Virus record (IMG/VR): IMGVR_UViG_3300006108_000010
Location: 62,001 to 121,597 of that record
Source: an uncultured virus (IMG/VR IMGVR_UViG_3300006108_000010)
Taxonomy: Duplodnaviria; Heunggongvirae; Uroviricota; Caudoviricetes
DNA: 59,597 nt
Direction: 5' to 3' (one strand)
In this document: in pieces, positions 50,081 through 59,596 of the stretch
How positions within the stretch are numbered: the stretch's first letter is position 1
How the letters are laid out: each line of letters begins with the position of its first letter
Notes under the pieces: generated by a model
What the model saw: only the letters and a program-made list of their open reading frames with translations
What the model was told of the DNA's origin: nothing
Databases searched by the model: none
Program-made: the position numbers and the translations under genes

Positions 50081-51019
50081 ATGGACAAATATGTTATCTT
50101 TCACATTGACGGTGGTTGTGGTAAAAACATTGTTGCAACTTCTGTCGTTAAATCAATCAAGGCAGCTTACCCTGATCGTAAGTTAATTGTTGTTACGGCA
50201 TGGCCCGAAGTTTTCGTACACAATCCCAGTATTTATAGAGTTTATAAGTTTGGTAATATTCCTTATTTCTACGATGATTACATTAATGGTACGGATTCAG
50301 TAATTTTACGCTCCGAACCTTATCATTCTGGTGATTTATTATATCGTAGAAAGTCATTAACCGAAATTTGGTGTGATGTTTTTAATATTCCATGCATCGA
50401 TAAGAAACCAGAGATATTCTTAACGGAAAGAGAGCTTTTATTTGCTCAAAAGCAACTTCAAAAGGACGGACCTGTTCTCCTAATTCAGTCTTCGGGTGGT
50501 GCTGAACAGCAAGGTCATCCGTATTCATGGTCAAGAGACCTTCCTCCTGCTTTTGCACAGGAACTTGTTAATTCCGTTAGTGATAAATTCAGTAAAATTC
50601 TTCATGTTAGAAGAGAAAATCAACCACCACTTGATGGAACTATTTTTGTAAGTGATAATTTCAGGAATTTGTTCTGTTATGTCGCACTTTCTGATAAAAT
50701 TCTTGGAATTGATTCATTTGCTCAGCATGCAGCTGCTGCATTTGGTAAAAAAGCAACAGTTGGTTGGATTTCCAACTCTCCTGTTGTTTTTGGACATGAA
50801 ATCCATGACAATATCGTAGCAAACGGAGCAGAATCGTTCCGTCATCGTATTGATTCATATCTTGAAGAGGATGATTGGACGGGTGGAAGGTTCCATGAAT
50901 GTCCTTATGATAATTTGGCTAATCTTTTTGACAAAGATCAGTTCATTGAATCGATTTTAGGCTCCAAAAATGAATTAACCTTTGATATTGTTGATCAGCC
51001 AACTATTAAATTTAACTAA
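50081..51019 (+). CDS. GT-B glycosyltransferase, GT9/heptosyltransferase-like
   Basis: HIDGGCGKNIVATSVVKSIKAAYPDRKLIVVT..PEVFVHNP; VLLIQSSGG...SRDLP; ILGIDSFAQHAAAAFGKKATVGW. These match the GT9 N-terminal loop and the GxDS...H.AAA signature. Confidence 0.75.
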   Translation: MDKYVIFHIDGGCGKNIVATSVVKSIKAAYPDRKLIVVTAWPEVFVHNPSIYRVYKFGNIPYFYDDYINGTDSVILRSEPYHSGDLLYRRKSLTEIWCDVFNIPCIDKKPEIFLTERELLFAQKQLQKDGPVLLIQSSGGAEQQGHPYSWSRDLPPAFAQELVNSVSDKFSKILHVRRENQPPLDGTIFVSDNFRNLFCYVALSDKILGIDSFAQHAAAAFGKKATVGWISNSPVVFGHEIHDNIVANGAESFRHRIDSYLEEDDWTGGRFHECPYDNLANLFDKDQFIESILGSKNELTFDIVDQPTIKFN

Positions 51020-51843
51020 TGAAAAACATATTCTTTAATTCATCAATGCCTCGCAGCATGAGTACACTATTTCAGTGTATTTTAAATCAACATCCTGAGA
51101 TCCACGCAACTCCAACTGATCCAGTATTAGAATATTTGTATGGTGCTAGAATGAACTACACTAATACACCCGAAGTTAAGGCAATAGATAAGGCATTGGC
51201 TCAGCAAACATGGAGAGGTTTCTGTTGGGGTGGATTAGAAGGTTATGCAAATTCTTACACCGATAAACCAAATATCTGTATTAAGACTCGTGGTGGAACT
51301 ATTCACTATAAATGGTTTGAGTCTTTTATGCCATATAAGCCTAAAATGATTTGTATGGTCAGAAATCTAAAGAGTATTTTTGCATCGATGGAAAAACTTT
51401 ATAGGAATGGTCAAGAATATCATCAGGCTATCCAGAATCATTCGGAAATGAAAGGCACATCCACGGCAAAGAGAATAGATTCTTGGCTTGCTGCTCCTCC
51501 TGTTGGATTAGCTCTTGAAAGATTGCAACAAACCTTTTTAGAAGGAATTAACAAAGAGGTTCTTTATATAAGAGCAGAAGATTTAACCTCATATCCCCAA
51601 AAGGAAATGGATAAAGCATACGAATATCTTGGATTAAATTCACATAAACATGATTTTGACAACGTAGAACAAACCGTAAAGGAAGACGATTCGGTTTATG
51701 GGTTTTCAAATGATCTTCATACTATTAGAAGAAAAGTTCAACCTTTAACACCTGATTATAACAATATTTTAGGTAAACAAGTTTGTGATTGGATCGATAA
51801 TAATCTCGCTTGGTATCAGCAAGGATTTGGATATACCAAATAA
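51019..51843 (+). CDS. PAPS-dependent sulfotransferase (P-loop sulfotransferase family)
   Basis: SSMPRSMSTLFQCILNQHP (5'-PSB loop); MVRNLKSIFASME (3'-PB motif); IRAEDLTSYP; start overlaps the upstream stop (TAATG). Confidence 0.85.
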   Translation: MKNIFFNSSMPRSMSTLFQCILNQHPEIHATPTDPVLEYLYGARMNYTNTPEVKAIDKALAQQTWRGFCWGGLEGYANSYTDKPNICIKTRGGTIHYKWFESFMPYKPKMICMVRNLKSIFASMEKLYRNGQEYHQAIQNHSEMKGTSTAKRIDSWLAAPPVGLALERLQQTFLEGINKEVLYIRAEDLTSYPQKEMDKAYEYLGLNSHKHDFDNVEQTVKEDDSVYGFSNDLHTIRRKVQPLTPDYNNILGKQVCDWIDNNLAWYQQGFGYTK

Positions 51844-51848
51844 TTAAT

Positions 51849-54005
51849 TTAGATTCCTAAATAAGATTTTAAATAAGAATAAGCAAATCGTACCTCTACA
51901 TCCGTTAGTCTTCTGTTGTAAACTATAAAATATTTTATATCTCCCCAATATTGAGATCCGCTATTAGGGTCTGTGTTTCCATTGTGATATCCGCCAATAG
52001 AACCAAATCCTATTACATACCTAGCAACAGAATCTGTTATAGATCCTACATTTACACCATTAACATTTAAATTATATGTAGGATTATCACCATCTGTCCA
52101 TCTCCAACACATTATATCAAAGGAATTAGATGCATAGCCAGGGAGAGATTGTTGAGAATATCCAGTATCTCTAAAACCAGAACCGTTACCTATGTATGTT
52201 CCTATATCCCATCCACCAGATTGTACAATTACCTGATGATTACCAGGCGATCCATATGCACGAGTTAGTGTTCTCCAATCTCCTGCCGAATTTAAAATTC
52301 TGGTTGCACAAATATACGTAACATCTCCAGACAGATTTATGTCAGAAGAATTTTTTGCCATTCCATAACTTCCTTTGAAGTCCATATATTTGCTACCGGA
52401 ATTAAACGCAGCAGAATTAATATTAAAATTATTACCATTTCCGCTCACATCATACCATACTCCACCGCTACCAGAATAGCTAGATGTATTTGTTGCATCT
52501 AGCAAAAGAGTAATATTGCCAGTGGGAAGTTGAGGGGAAACAGTTGTTGTTATAATTTGAGCATTATTAGTTATTGGCGGCAAGTTACTAATTGGTGGCA
52601 ATGGTGTGAAATTAGAATGATATATCATCGTTCCTTGTGTAACTCTTATATCTTGGATATAACCATTAAAATAATTACCAAGATTGTTATAACTCATGCA
52701 ACCAATAGATATATTTGAAGAAGCATCTGTTAATGGAAAATTAACACTACCGACCAAATTGCCATCAAGATACATATACTGATTAGAACCATCAGAACAA
52801 AATGCAACATGATGCCAAGTGTTTGTTGTAATATTAAGACCTGTACTTGTAAAATTCCAATTACCATTAATATTATCGGTTCCCACAAATATTGCATCAC
52901 TATAAATTGCTATACACCAAGAAAAATTTGAACCATATGTATCTTTAGATATAATCGTACTCGCTGCATTCCCATTTGTATATAGTGATTTTGCATAAAA
53001 CCATGCTTCAATTGTTGATGGTACACTAGCTAAATTAAATTCACTGGCATCATTTAATACCAATGAGCTTGAACCATTAAAATATCCTGCGCTATATGTT
53101 TTATTAGATAAATCATTAAACGATTTTATTATCGGGGTTCCTGTATTAATTGTAATACTATTATTATAAGTTGAACTATCATTAAAATTATTATTCATAA
53201 CCATTAATAATGATGGCTGTGTTGAAACCGCAGATAATTGATTTGTTAAAAATCGTGGGTTACTAGTTATAAATTGTGGGTTAGTTTGTAGGCTGATAGT
53301 GCTATTATAAGAAAAAGCATTGCCACGGTTGTAAAGAATTGAGATTTCATTTGGGGATAATGCTCTATTCCAAACACCTATTTCGCACAAACTACCATTA
53401 AAATAACTATTATATCCATCCCAATCACCTCCTCCTATAACAGTACCACTATTATTATTATTGAATGCAGCTAAAATATTATCGTTTTGTGAAGCAACTG
53501 CTACATTATTGATATAAAGAGTTGCTAAATTGTTTTGTTTTACAATAACTGCATGATACCATACGCCAACTGTTGCGTTGCTGGAATTAACAATTCCGTT
53601 AACAATCGTGCCATTGTGTTCATAACCAATTGCTTGATTATTTGCATAAAAAAAATCTAACTTAACACTATTTGTTACCCAACCATACTGAGAAGAAAAT
53701 ATTGCAGGATATGATCTAGTTTGACCTGCCGAATTAATCCACGCTTGGATGGAAAAATCTCCAGAAAAATTAAAAGCGTTATTAGGAGATATGTATAAAT
53801 AAGTGTTATTGTTTGGGTTAAAAACGGCGCAACCGCTTAAAAGTCCAGTGCCTAACGTAACACCTCCATTGTTTGTTAAGGTATTTCCGTTGCCTGTTAA
53901 ATCTGTTAAATTTAAATTACCTGAACCATCATTACCTAAACTCCAATAGGCTATTGCACCTGTTGGAAAAGTTTTAGTAGCTTGCGTTGTTAAAATATTT
54001 GACAT
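51849..54005 (-). CDS. Triple LamG/concanavalin-like domain protein
   Basis: AIAYWSL...WYHAVIV...FNGSLCEIGVWNRALS; TIEAWFY...WHHVAF...FNGYIQDIRVT; LLLDATNTSSYSGSGGVWYDVSGNGN...YNRRLT. Confidence 0.8.
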   Translation of the reverse strand: MSNILTTQATKTFPTGAIAYWSLGNDGSGNLNLTDLTGNGNTLTNNGGVTLGTGLLSGCAVFNPNNNTYLYISPNNAFNFSGDFSIQAWINSAGQTRSYPAIFSSQYGWVTNSVKLDFFYANNQAIGYEHNGTIVNGIVNSSNATVGVWYHAVIVKQNNLATLYINNVAVASQNDNILAAFNNNNSGTVIGGGDWDGYNSYFNGSLCEIGVWNRALSPNEISILYNRGNAFSYNSTISLQTNPQFITSNPRFLTNQLSAVSTQPSLLMVMNNNFNDSSTYNNSITINTGTPIIKSFNDLSNKTYSAGYFNGSSSLVLNDASEFNLASVPSTIEAWFYAKSLYTNGNAASTIISKDTYGSNFSWCIAIYSDAIFVGTDNINGNWNFTSTGLNITTNTWHHVAFCSDGSNQYMYLDGNLVGSVNFPLTDASSNISIGCMSYNNLGNYFNGYIQDIRVTQGTMIYHSNFTPLPPISNLPPITNNAQIITTTVSPQLPTGNITLLLDATNTSSYSGSGGVWYDVSGNGNNFNINSAAFNSGSKYMDFKGSYGMAKNSSDINLSGDVTYICATRILNSAGDWRTLTRAYGSPGNHQVIVQSGGWDIGTYIGNGSGFRDTGYSQQSLPGYASNSFDIMCWRWTDGDNPTYNLNVNGVNVGSITDSVARYVIGFGSIGGYHNGNTDPNSGSQYWGDIKYFIVYNRRLTDVEVRFAYSYLKSYLGI

Positions 54006-54010
54006 CTATT

Positions 54011-57000
54011 TTAGTTGATTCTATATATCTCAACTTTTGTCCAATTACCGTCAGTTGTACCGACTATAGTTTGACTTGTTGCACTGCTATAGCCAGAAAC
54101 GTCAATATAATCTGAAACACCATTAAGATAAATTATAGAAGTTGCCGTTTGAGTTTGAGCACCACCAGAACCAGTAAATAATGGCATTTGTACAAGAGAT
54201 TTTGTATTAGTACCATTTATGCGAATTTGAGCATTATTTTGTCCAGTACCTGTAGTCCCATTCCATGCTATTTGATAATTTATAAAATAGTAGCCTGGCA
54301 CGGTTGGGGTTATCTTACCAGATAGTGCTGGATACGTACCAATATTTGAAATCCAATTATTAGGATCATTTTTTGGTGATAATGGCAACCAAAGATCATT
54401 ATTTTGTGGTGCTGTTACGTTAGCCGAAAGATATGCGGTGGCAGTATAAGCACCATTTGCAATAAGACTTCCTGTTGCGCTAATGCTACCATTAACTGTT
54501 AATGTATTATTAGGTATTGTGGTATTAATACCAAAATTACCATTTTGATCCACTCTAAAACGTTCAGTACCACCCGCACCAGCGATAAATGTATTTGCTA
54601 AACCAGCAGTGCCCGTCATATTAGCACCTATTATTGTGTTATTATTTCCTGTAGTGAGATTACAACCCGCATTTGATCCCAACGCAATATTAAAATTTCC
54701 AAATGTATTGGCAGCTAATGCAAAATCTCCAAAAGTGAGATTGCTGCAACCACCTATATTTGAGCACAAAGCTCTAAAACCAAATGCTGAATTATTGCAA
54801 CCTGATACATTATTATAAAGAGTATTTGTACCAATACTTGTATTGCAGCTGCCTACAGTATTATTATAGTTAGATGCTGTACCAATATTAACATTAAAAC
54901 TACCCGTGCTGTTTCGAGTCATTACTGATTTACCAATAGCGACATTATAGTTACTAACTGTCGACCCTGTAGCATTAGAGCTATAAAGCGCATTATTTCC
55001 AATTGCAATATTGTGTATACCTAGTCTATTAGCATAACCTGAATATGAACCAATTGATACGTTATTGCATCCGGTAGTGTTACAATACGAGGCTGCAGGG
55101 CCTATAGCTACATTAGCATTTCCGCATGTATTATTAAAAAGAGATCTCCAACCAATAGCATTGTTATTGCTACCGCAAACATTATAATAGAGCGCATTAT
55201 AACCAGATGCTGTATTACAAGAACCACTTGTATTTGAATATAAAGTTGTATCGCCTAAAGCAATATTATTTATACCACATGAAGTATTAACTCTCAATGC
55301 ATTAACACCTAAAGCTGTATTATTACCACCAATATAATTTCCTCTTGAAACAAGAAATCCTGATGCCAAACATATACTACTTGGTGTACATACAGGTGAT
55401 GGTAGGCTTAACGTAACAGTACCAGAAGAATAGCTAGCTGCTATTTGATTTGCTGTACCACTTACCGCTGTAACGGAACTACTCCCGCCGCTTCCTAGTA
55501 ATACACCATTAGCATAAACCGCATTAGATGCTGATATCGTACCAGAAACTGTTAATACTTGATTTGGTGTAGAAGTATTAATACCAACATAACCATTGGA
55601 TGACAAATACATTGTTGTGGTTGGATTTGAAAATCCAGGTCCGTTACTATAAAAAGCTAAACTATCTGCGCCTGTTGCATTACCTACGCTGATGCGACCA
55701 ATGCCTGGCGAACCTTGTATATAATCAATAATAACACCGTCTCCACTTACTCCAGCATATGTACTATTTGCCCAAAATCCACTACCAATTATTGTACTTT
55801 GTGCACTCAATGCACTAACTTTAAATGTGGTTGCCGTAGTTGAATTAACCAAAGTGTAGACAGAACTCCAGTTAGCTGAAGTGGAATTTACCTTACTGTA
55901 TACAGATGCGTTATTTGCACTAGCTGATTGTAAAAAGGATATACTATTCCAATTTGAGGAATTTGAATTTACATAACTATAAACCGATTTATCATTAGCA
56001 GATAATGCTTGTAAAAATGAAATACTGTTCCAGTTGGAACTATTATTTGTAGTACTACCCCAAGTATTATATACACTGTTCCAGTTGGAACTATTATTTG
56101 TAGTACTACCCCAAGTATTATATACACTGTTCCAATTATTGCTGTTTCCTGATGCATCAGCTACTATACCCAGCGAAGAAATATTATTTACATATGTATA
56201 GTTTGCTATATTAGCTGTTATGTTTGAACCTAGGATAAATGTATTACTAAGTCTGTTTGTATTATTGGCAGATCCACCAGCAATAAAAGAATAATAACCA
56301 GATGCGGTGTTTGATTTTCCACCAACTATTGCAGAATAATATCCGCAAGCAATATTACTTTGACCTCCGCCAACAACTGCATAACTATTATAGTCTGCTC
56401 CGGTTGGTCTCATACCTCCCCAACCTGCAATGTTACTCAAACCACCACCAATAAAGGAATATGCAGAGCATATAACATTACCGAAACCACCACCAATCGT
56501 TGAATAACAATTAAATACATAAGTAACAGTGCCACATAAAACGTTGCTACCGCCGCCACCAATAAATCCATTGTAATCTTGTATTAAGTTGCCATCGCCA
56601 CCAACGATAACACTTTGATCTCCATTAGGAAGTATCGAATTGGTTAGACCACCGCCAATAAAAGATCCGCCCCCATTTGGACATGCTGTATTATGTGATC
56701 CACCTGCGATAGTATCGCAACCGCCGTTGCCTACACTGTTACCATATCCACCTGATATTGTACTGAGACCGCCATATGTATTAACAAGATTGTTGCACCC
56801 ACCACCTATTGTTGAACAGGCAGCATATGCCTTGTTGGTATAACCACCAGAAACGGTGGAATCTTGACCATTAGAAAGATTGCTATAACCCGCACCAACA
56901 AATGATCTAATTCCATTTGCTTGATTATTATATCCACCTGATACAGTAGAATTTAATTCTGTTGCTTGGTTACCGCAACCGCCGCCTATAAACGAACTAT

Positions 57001-57550
57001 CTCCCGTAGCATTATTACCATAACCACCTGATATGGTGGATTTACTATTAGTTGAATTATTATTTTGACCGCTACCGACGAATGAATATGTAGCGGAAGC
57101 CGTATTTGAACGACCGCCAACTACGATTGCATAATTTGCTGATGCTGTATTACAACTACCTGCGCCAATGAAAGGAGAACTACCGAAGCCAGGTTGTACA
57201 ACTCCATTATGTGCAGCGTTAGCATTGTTTGCACATGCTACATAACACCCATAAGCTCCAGTTATAAACCAGTTAATGCAACAACCACCACTATCGCACT
57301 GTGCAGTTGTTGCATTGATCCCATTAGGGACAGTTAGTGTGCCACCAACGGTCAGTCCGCAACTTATGTAAGTTCCATTGGAATAGTTTATGGAAAGCGT
57401 TTGCGGTCCGTTACCGATACAATTAGCCGAAAGACCGTCATAAAATATAGTTTGATTTCCTGTACCTTGAATGCAAGAAGCATTAAGCGTACTTAATACA
57501 CTTAATGTACTGTTATACTGAAATGGATTTGTTTCTACCTGTAGCGACAT
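54011..57550 (-). CDS. Mosaic tail-fibre/adhesin: GGxxN solenoid, SANW coil, NxAxG solenoid, C-terminal C1q/TNF-like head
   Basis: S-x-I-x-GG-x-x-N repeats; SANW units; N(T/I/V)A(L/I)G...L..N repeats; ERFRVDQNGNFGINT; ITPTVPGYYFINYQI...IYLNGVSDYID. Confidence 0.75.
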   Translation of the reverse strand: MSLQVETNPFQYNSTLSVLSTLNASCIQGTGNQTIFYDGLSANCIGNGPQTLSINYSNGTYISCGLTVGGTLTVPNGINATTAQCDSGGCCINWFITGAYGCYVACANNANAAHNGVVQPGFGSSPFIGAGSCNTASANYAIVVGGRSNTASATYSFVGSGQNNNSTNSKSTISGGYGNNATGDSSFIGGGCGNQATELNSTVSGGYNNQANGIRSFVGAGYSNLSNGQDSTVSGGYTNKAYAACSTIGGGCNNLVNTYGGLSTISGGYGNSVGNGGCDTIAGGSHNTACPNGGGSFIGGGLTNSILPNGDQSVIVGGDGNLIQDYNGFIGGGGSNVLCGTVTYVFNCYSTIGGGFGNVICSAYSFIGGGLSNIAGWGGMRPTGADYNSYAVVGGGQSNIACGYYSAIVGGKSNTASGYYSFIAGGSANNTNRLSNTFILGSNITANIANYTYVNNISSLGIVADASGNSNNWNSVYNTWGSTTNNSSNWNSVYNTWGSTTNNSSNWNSISFLQALSANDKSVYSYVNSNSSNWNSISFLQSASANNASVYSKVNSTSANWSSVYTLVNSTTATTFKVSALSAQSTIIGSGFWANSTYAGVSGDGVIIDYIQGSPGIGRISVGNATGADSLAFYSNGPGFSNPTTTMYLSSNGYVGINTSTPNQVLTVSGTISASNAVYANGVLLGSGGSSSVTAVSGTANQIAASYSSGTVTLSLPSPVCTPSSICLASGFLVSRGNYIGGNNTALGVNALRVNTSCGINNIALGDTTLYSNTSGSCNTASGYNALYYNVCGSNNNAIGWRSLFNNTCGNANVAIGPAASYCNTTGCNNVSIGSYSGYANRLGIHNIAIGNNALYSSNATGSTVSNYNVAIGKSVMTRNSTGSFNVNIGTASNYNNTVGSCNTSIGTNTLYNNVSGCNNSAFGFRALCSNIGGCSNLTFGDFALAANTFGNFNIALGSNAGCNLTTGNNNTIIGANMTGTAGLANTFIAGAGGTERFRVDQNGNFGINTTIPNNTLTVNGSISATGSLIANGAYTATAYLSANVTAPQNNDLWLPLSPKNDPNNWISNIGTYPALSGKITPTVPGYYFINYQIAWNGTTGTGQNNAQIRINGTNTKSLVQMPLFTGSGGAQTQTATSIIYLNGVSDYIDVSGYSSATSQTIVGTTDGNWTKVEIYRIN
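56024..56134. repeat. Perfect 51-bp tandem duplication (about 2.2 copies)
   Basis: Unit ACTGTTCCAGTTGGAACTATTATTTGTAGTACTACCCCAAGTATTATATAC starting at 56024 and 56075; encodes 17 aa. Confidence 0.9.
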
Positions 57551-57552
57551 AA

Positions 57553-58311
57553 TTAACTAGATACTGAAGGGATCACCGTAGATACACTCGCATATAATGT
57601 CATATCATCGTAATAATAATTCTCCAATGCGGTGATTTGTTCCGGTGTTAATTCGGGTTTTAATAATGAATTTGTATTATTAATAACTGGTAATGGTGAT
57701 TGTAAACCAATATCAGAAGCTAATTGATCAAGTTGAGTGGCAAAATCATAATATTTAATATTTGGAAAATTGCCAATAATAATACTTTGTGGTCTGTAGT
57801 GCCAATTTAAAGTTCCTCTATCCTGTTCAACCAACCAATCAATAAAATCTCCTACTGCGGTGAGTTGTGGAACACCTTTAAGTTTTTTTGCAAATGCACT
57901 CTTGAATCTTTCAATTGGATGTCTAACAACGGCATGAGGAATACCAGTTGGAACGCTTGAAATTGGAAGTTGTGTACTATATTGCATAATACCAGCACCA
58001 AAATCTATAGGACTAATACTTGGAAAAAATGTTTGTGCTATTTGGGTTGTAAGAGTTGTACTTCCTGCTCTTCTAATGTTTGCAAGAGAATGACCATTAG
58101 GAAGATTAAAATATATACTTTGATAACTTTCTGTAACCAAATTTAACTCGTTTGCTTTATTTGTAACTTCTTCTTGAGTTTGAGCAAGAAATATCAATGG
58201 AGAAAATGGAACAAACTTACCAGATAATTCATAAATTTGGGCAGTTCCATTTGGATACCCAAAAAATAAACCATAATAAGGGTTTATTAATTCATTCTGT
58301 GTTGCACTCAT
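57553..58311 (-). CDS. Sulfotransferase, Sulfotransfer_2 (carbohydrate sulfotransferase-like) family
   Basis: NIRRAGSTTL (5'-PSB); VVRHPIERFKSAF (3'-PB); NWHYRPQS; YYYDDMTLY; about 70-aa unrelated N-terminal extension. Confidence 0.75.
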   Translation of the reverse strand: MSATQNELINPYYGLFFGYPNGTAQIYELSGKFVPFSPLIFLAQTQEEVTNKANELNLVTESYQSIYFNLPNGHSLANIRRAGSTTLTTQIAQTFFPSISPIDFGAGIMQYSTQLPISSVPTGIPHAVVRHPIERFKSAFAKKLKGVPQLTAVGDFIDWLVEQDRGTLNWHYRPQSIIIGNFPNIKYYDFATQLDQLASDIGLQSPLPVINNTNSLLKPELTPEQITALENYYYDDMTLYASVSTVIPSVSS

Positions 58312-58381
58312 ATATTATATATTTAGTATTTAAAAACGTTATTGTGTAGACACATATCTTCTTTGTAATATAGTTATATTT

Positions 58382-59596
58382 TTAAGATGTATAGTTCCAA
58401 AGTTGAATTGCTTGATTTGTTCCGTTTACATTCACGATTAAAAATGTTCCAGATGCTGTTACCGGATTTACAAATGTTGTGGGTGCAGAAGTTATATTTA
58501 ATGAACTTGCATATATTGTATTTGTAGAACTAATATTTCCAACAACTGTTAAATTTGTATTTGGTGTTCTCGTACCAATTCCAACATTACCATTGGGATT
58601 AATACGCATTCTTTCATTGCCACTTAATGTACCACCAGTAAAGAACGTTAAACTACTTGTTGTTGATGCTGCGCCTAATACAAGATTTGCACTCGTTGAG
58701 TAAACATACGAGTCTCCAGCATTAACTACATTGAATGTTGGGCTATAAAGATTACCATTATATTTTGTACTAGCTATACCTAAGTCCAAATAATTAATAT
58801 TATCATCATTATATAATGAAATATCCGTACTGGAACTAACACTTGGCGTAATATTTTGTATTTGATTAAATACAGATCCGCTAGCAGAAGATATAATAGT
58901 TAATGGAGCAGAATTTAACTTTGCAATATTAGAAGTTGAACCAAATTGAGCAGATGGTGAAGCTACTAATCCTTGAGAAGAAATATTATTAACAAATGTA
59001 AAATTATTTGCACTAACTGATATGTTAGATCCCAAAATAAATGAATTTAATCCATTTAAAAAGTTATTACATCCATTTAAAATTGTATTGTAGCGACCGC
59101 AAATGCTATTGTTACAACCTCCGCCGATTAAATTGTAAGGACTGTTATAATTAATGCAATTAGTGTTTCCACCAAGAATTGTATTATAATAACCAGATGC
59201 AGAATTTGATCCGTAAGTTGGATTTATATTACAGTTAGATGGATTAACATAATAAGCTTGACTAGATAGTTTGCTAAATGTTGAAGTGTTATAAGAAGGA
59301 TTATTTGTTGCGGAATTTGAATTTACATAACTATAAACACTAGAATTGTTAGCCGATGCAGCTTGTAAGAAAGATATAGAGTTCCAATTGGCAGAATTCG
59401 AATTTACAGAACTATAAACAGATGCATTGTTTCCACTTTGAGAATTAAAAGAAGAATAAACAGATTTATCATTAGCTGATAAGGCTTGTAAGAAAGATAT
59501 TGAACTCCAATTAGCCGAATTTGAGTTTACTGAACTGTAAACAGATTGGTCATTAGTTGAAAGAGCTTGTAAGAACGATATTGAATTCCAATTTGC
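58382..59596 (-). CDS. Fibre-like protein with SANW repeats and GGxxN solenoid (5'-truncated by the window)
   Basis: Translated by hand, the frame stays open from 59596 into the tracked ORF (ANWNSISFLQALSTNDQSVYSSVNSN...GGCNNSICG...FILGSNISVS). Confidence 0.75.
   Translation of the reverse strand, partial: ANWNSISFLQALSTNDQSVYSSVNSNSANWSSISFLQALSANDKSVYSSFNSQSGNNASVYSSVNSNSANWNSISFLQAASANNSSVYSYVNSNSATNNPSYNTSTFSKLSSQAYYVNPSNCNINPTYGSNSASGYYNTILGGNTNCINYNSPYNLIGGGCNNSICGRYNTILNGCNNFLNGLNSFILGSNISVSANNFTFVNNISSQGLVASPSAQFGSTSNIAKLNSAPLTIISSASGSVFNQIQNITPSVSSSTDISLYNDDNINYLDLGIASTKYNGNLYSPTFNVVNAGDSYVYSTSANLVLGAASTTSSLTFFTGGTLSGNERMRINPNGNVGIGTRTPNTNLTVVGNISSTNTIYASSLNITSAPTTFVNPVTASGTFLIVNVNGTNQAIQLWNYTS

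Noticed and set aside
58333..58381. Small palindromes (TGTG-taga-CACA, AATATA-gt-TATATT) as a terminator or RNA element
   Set aside because: Stems are too short and AT-rich to distinguish from chance.
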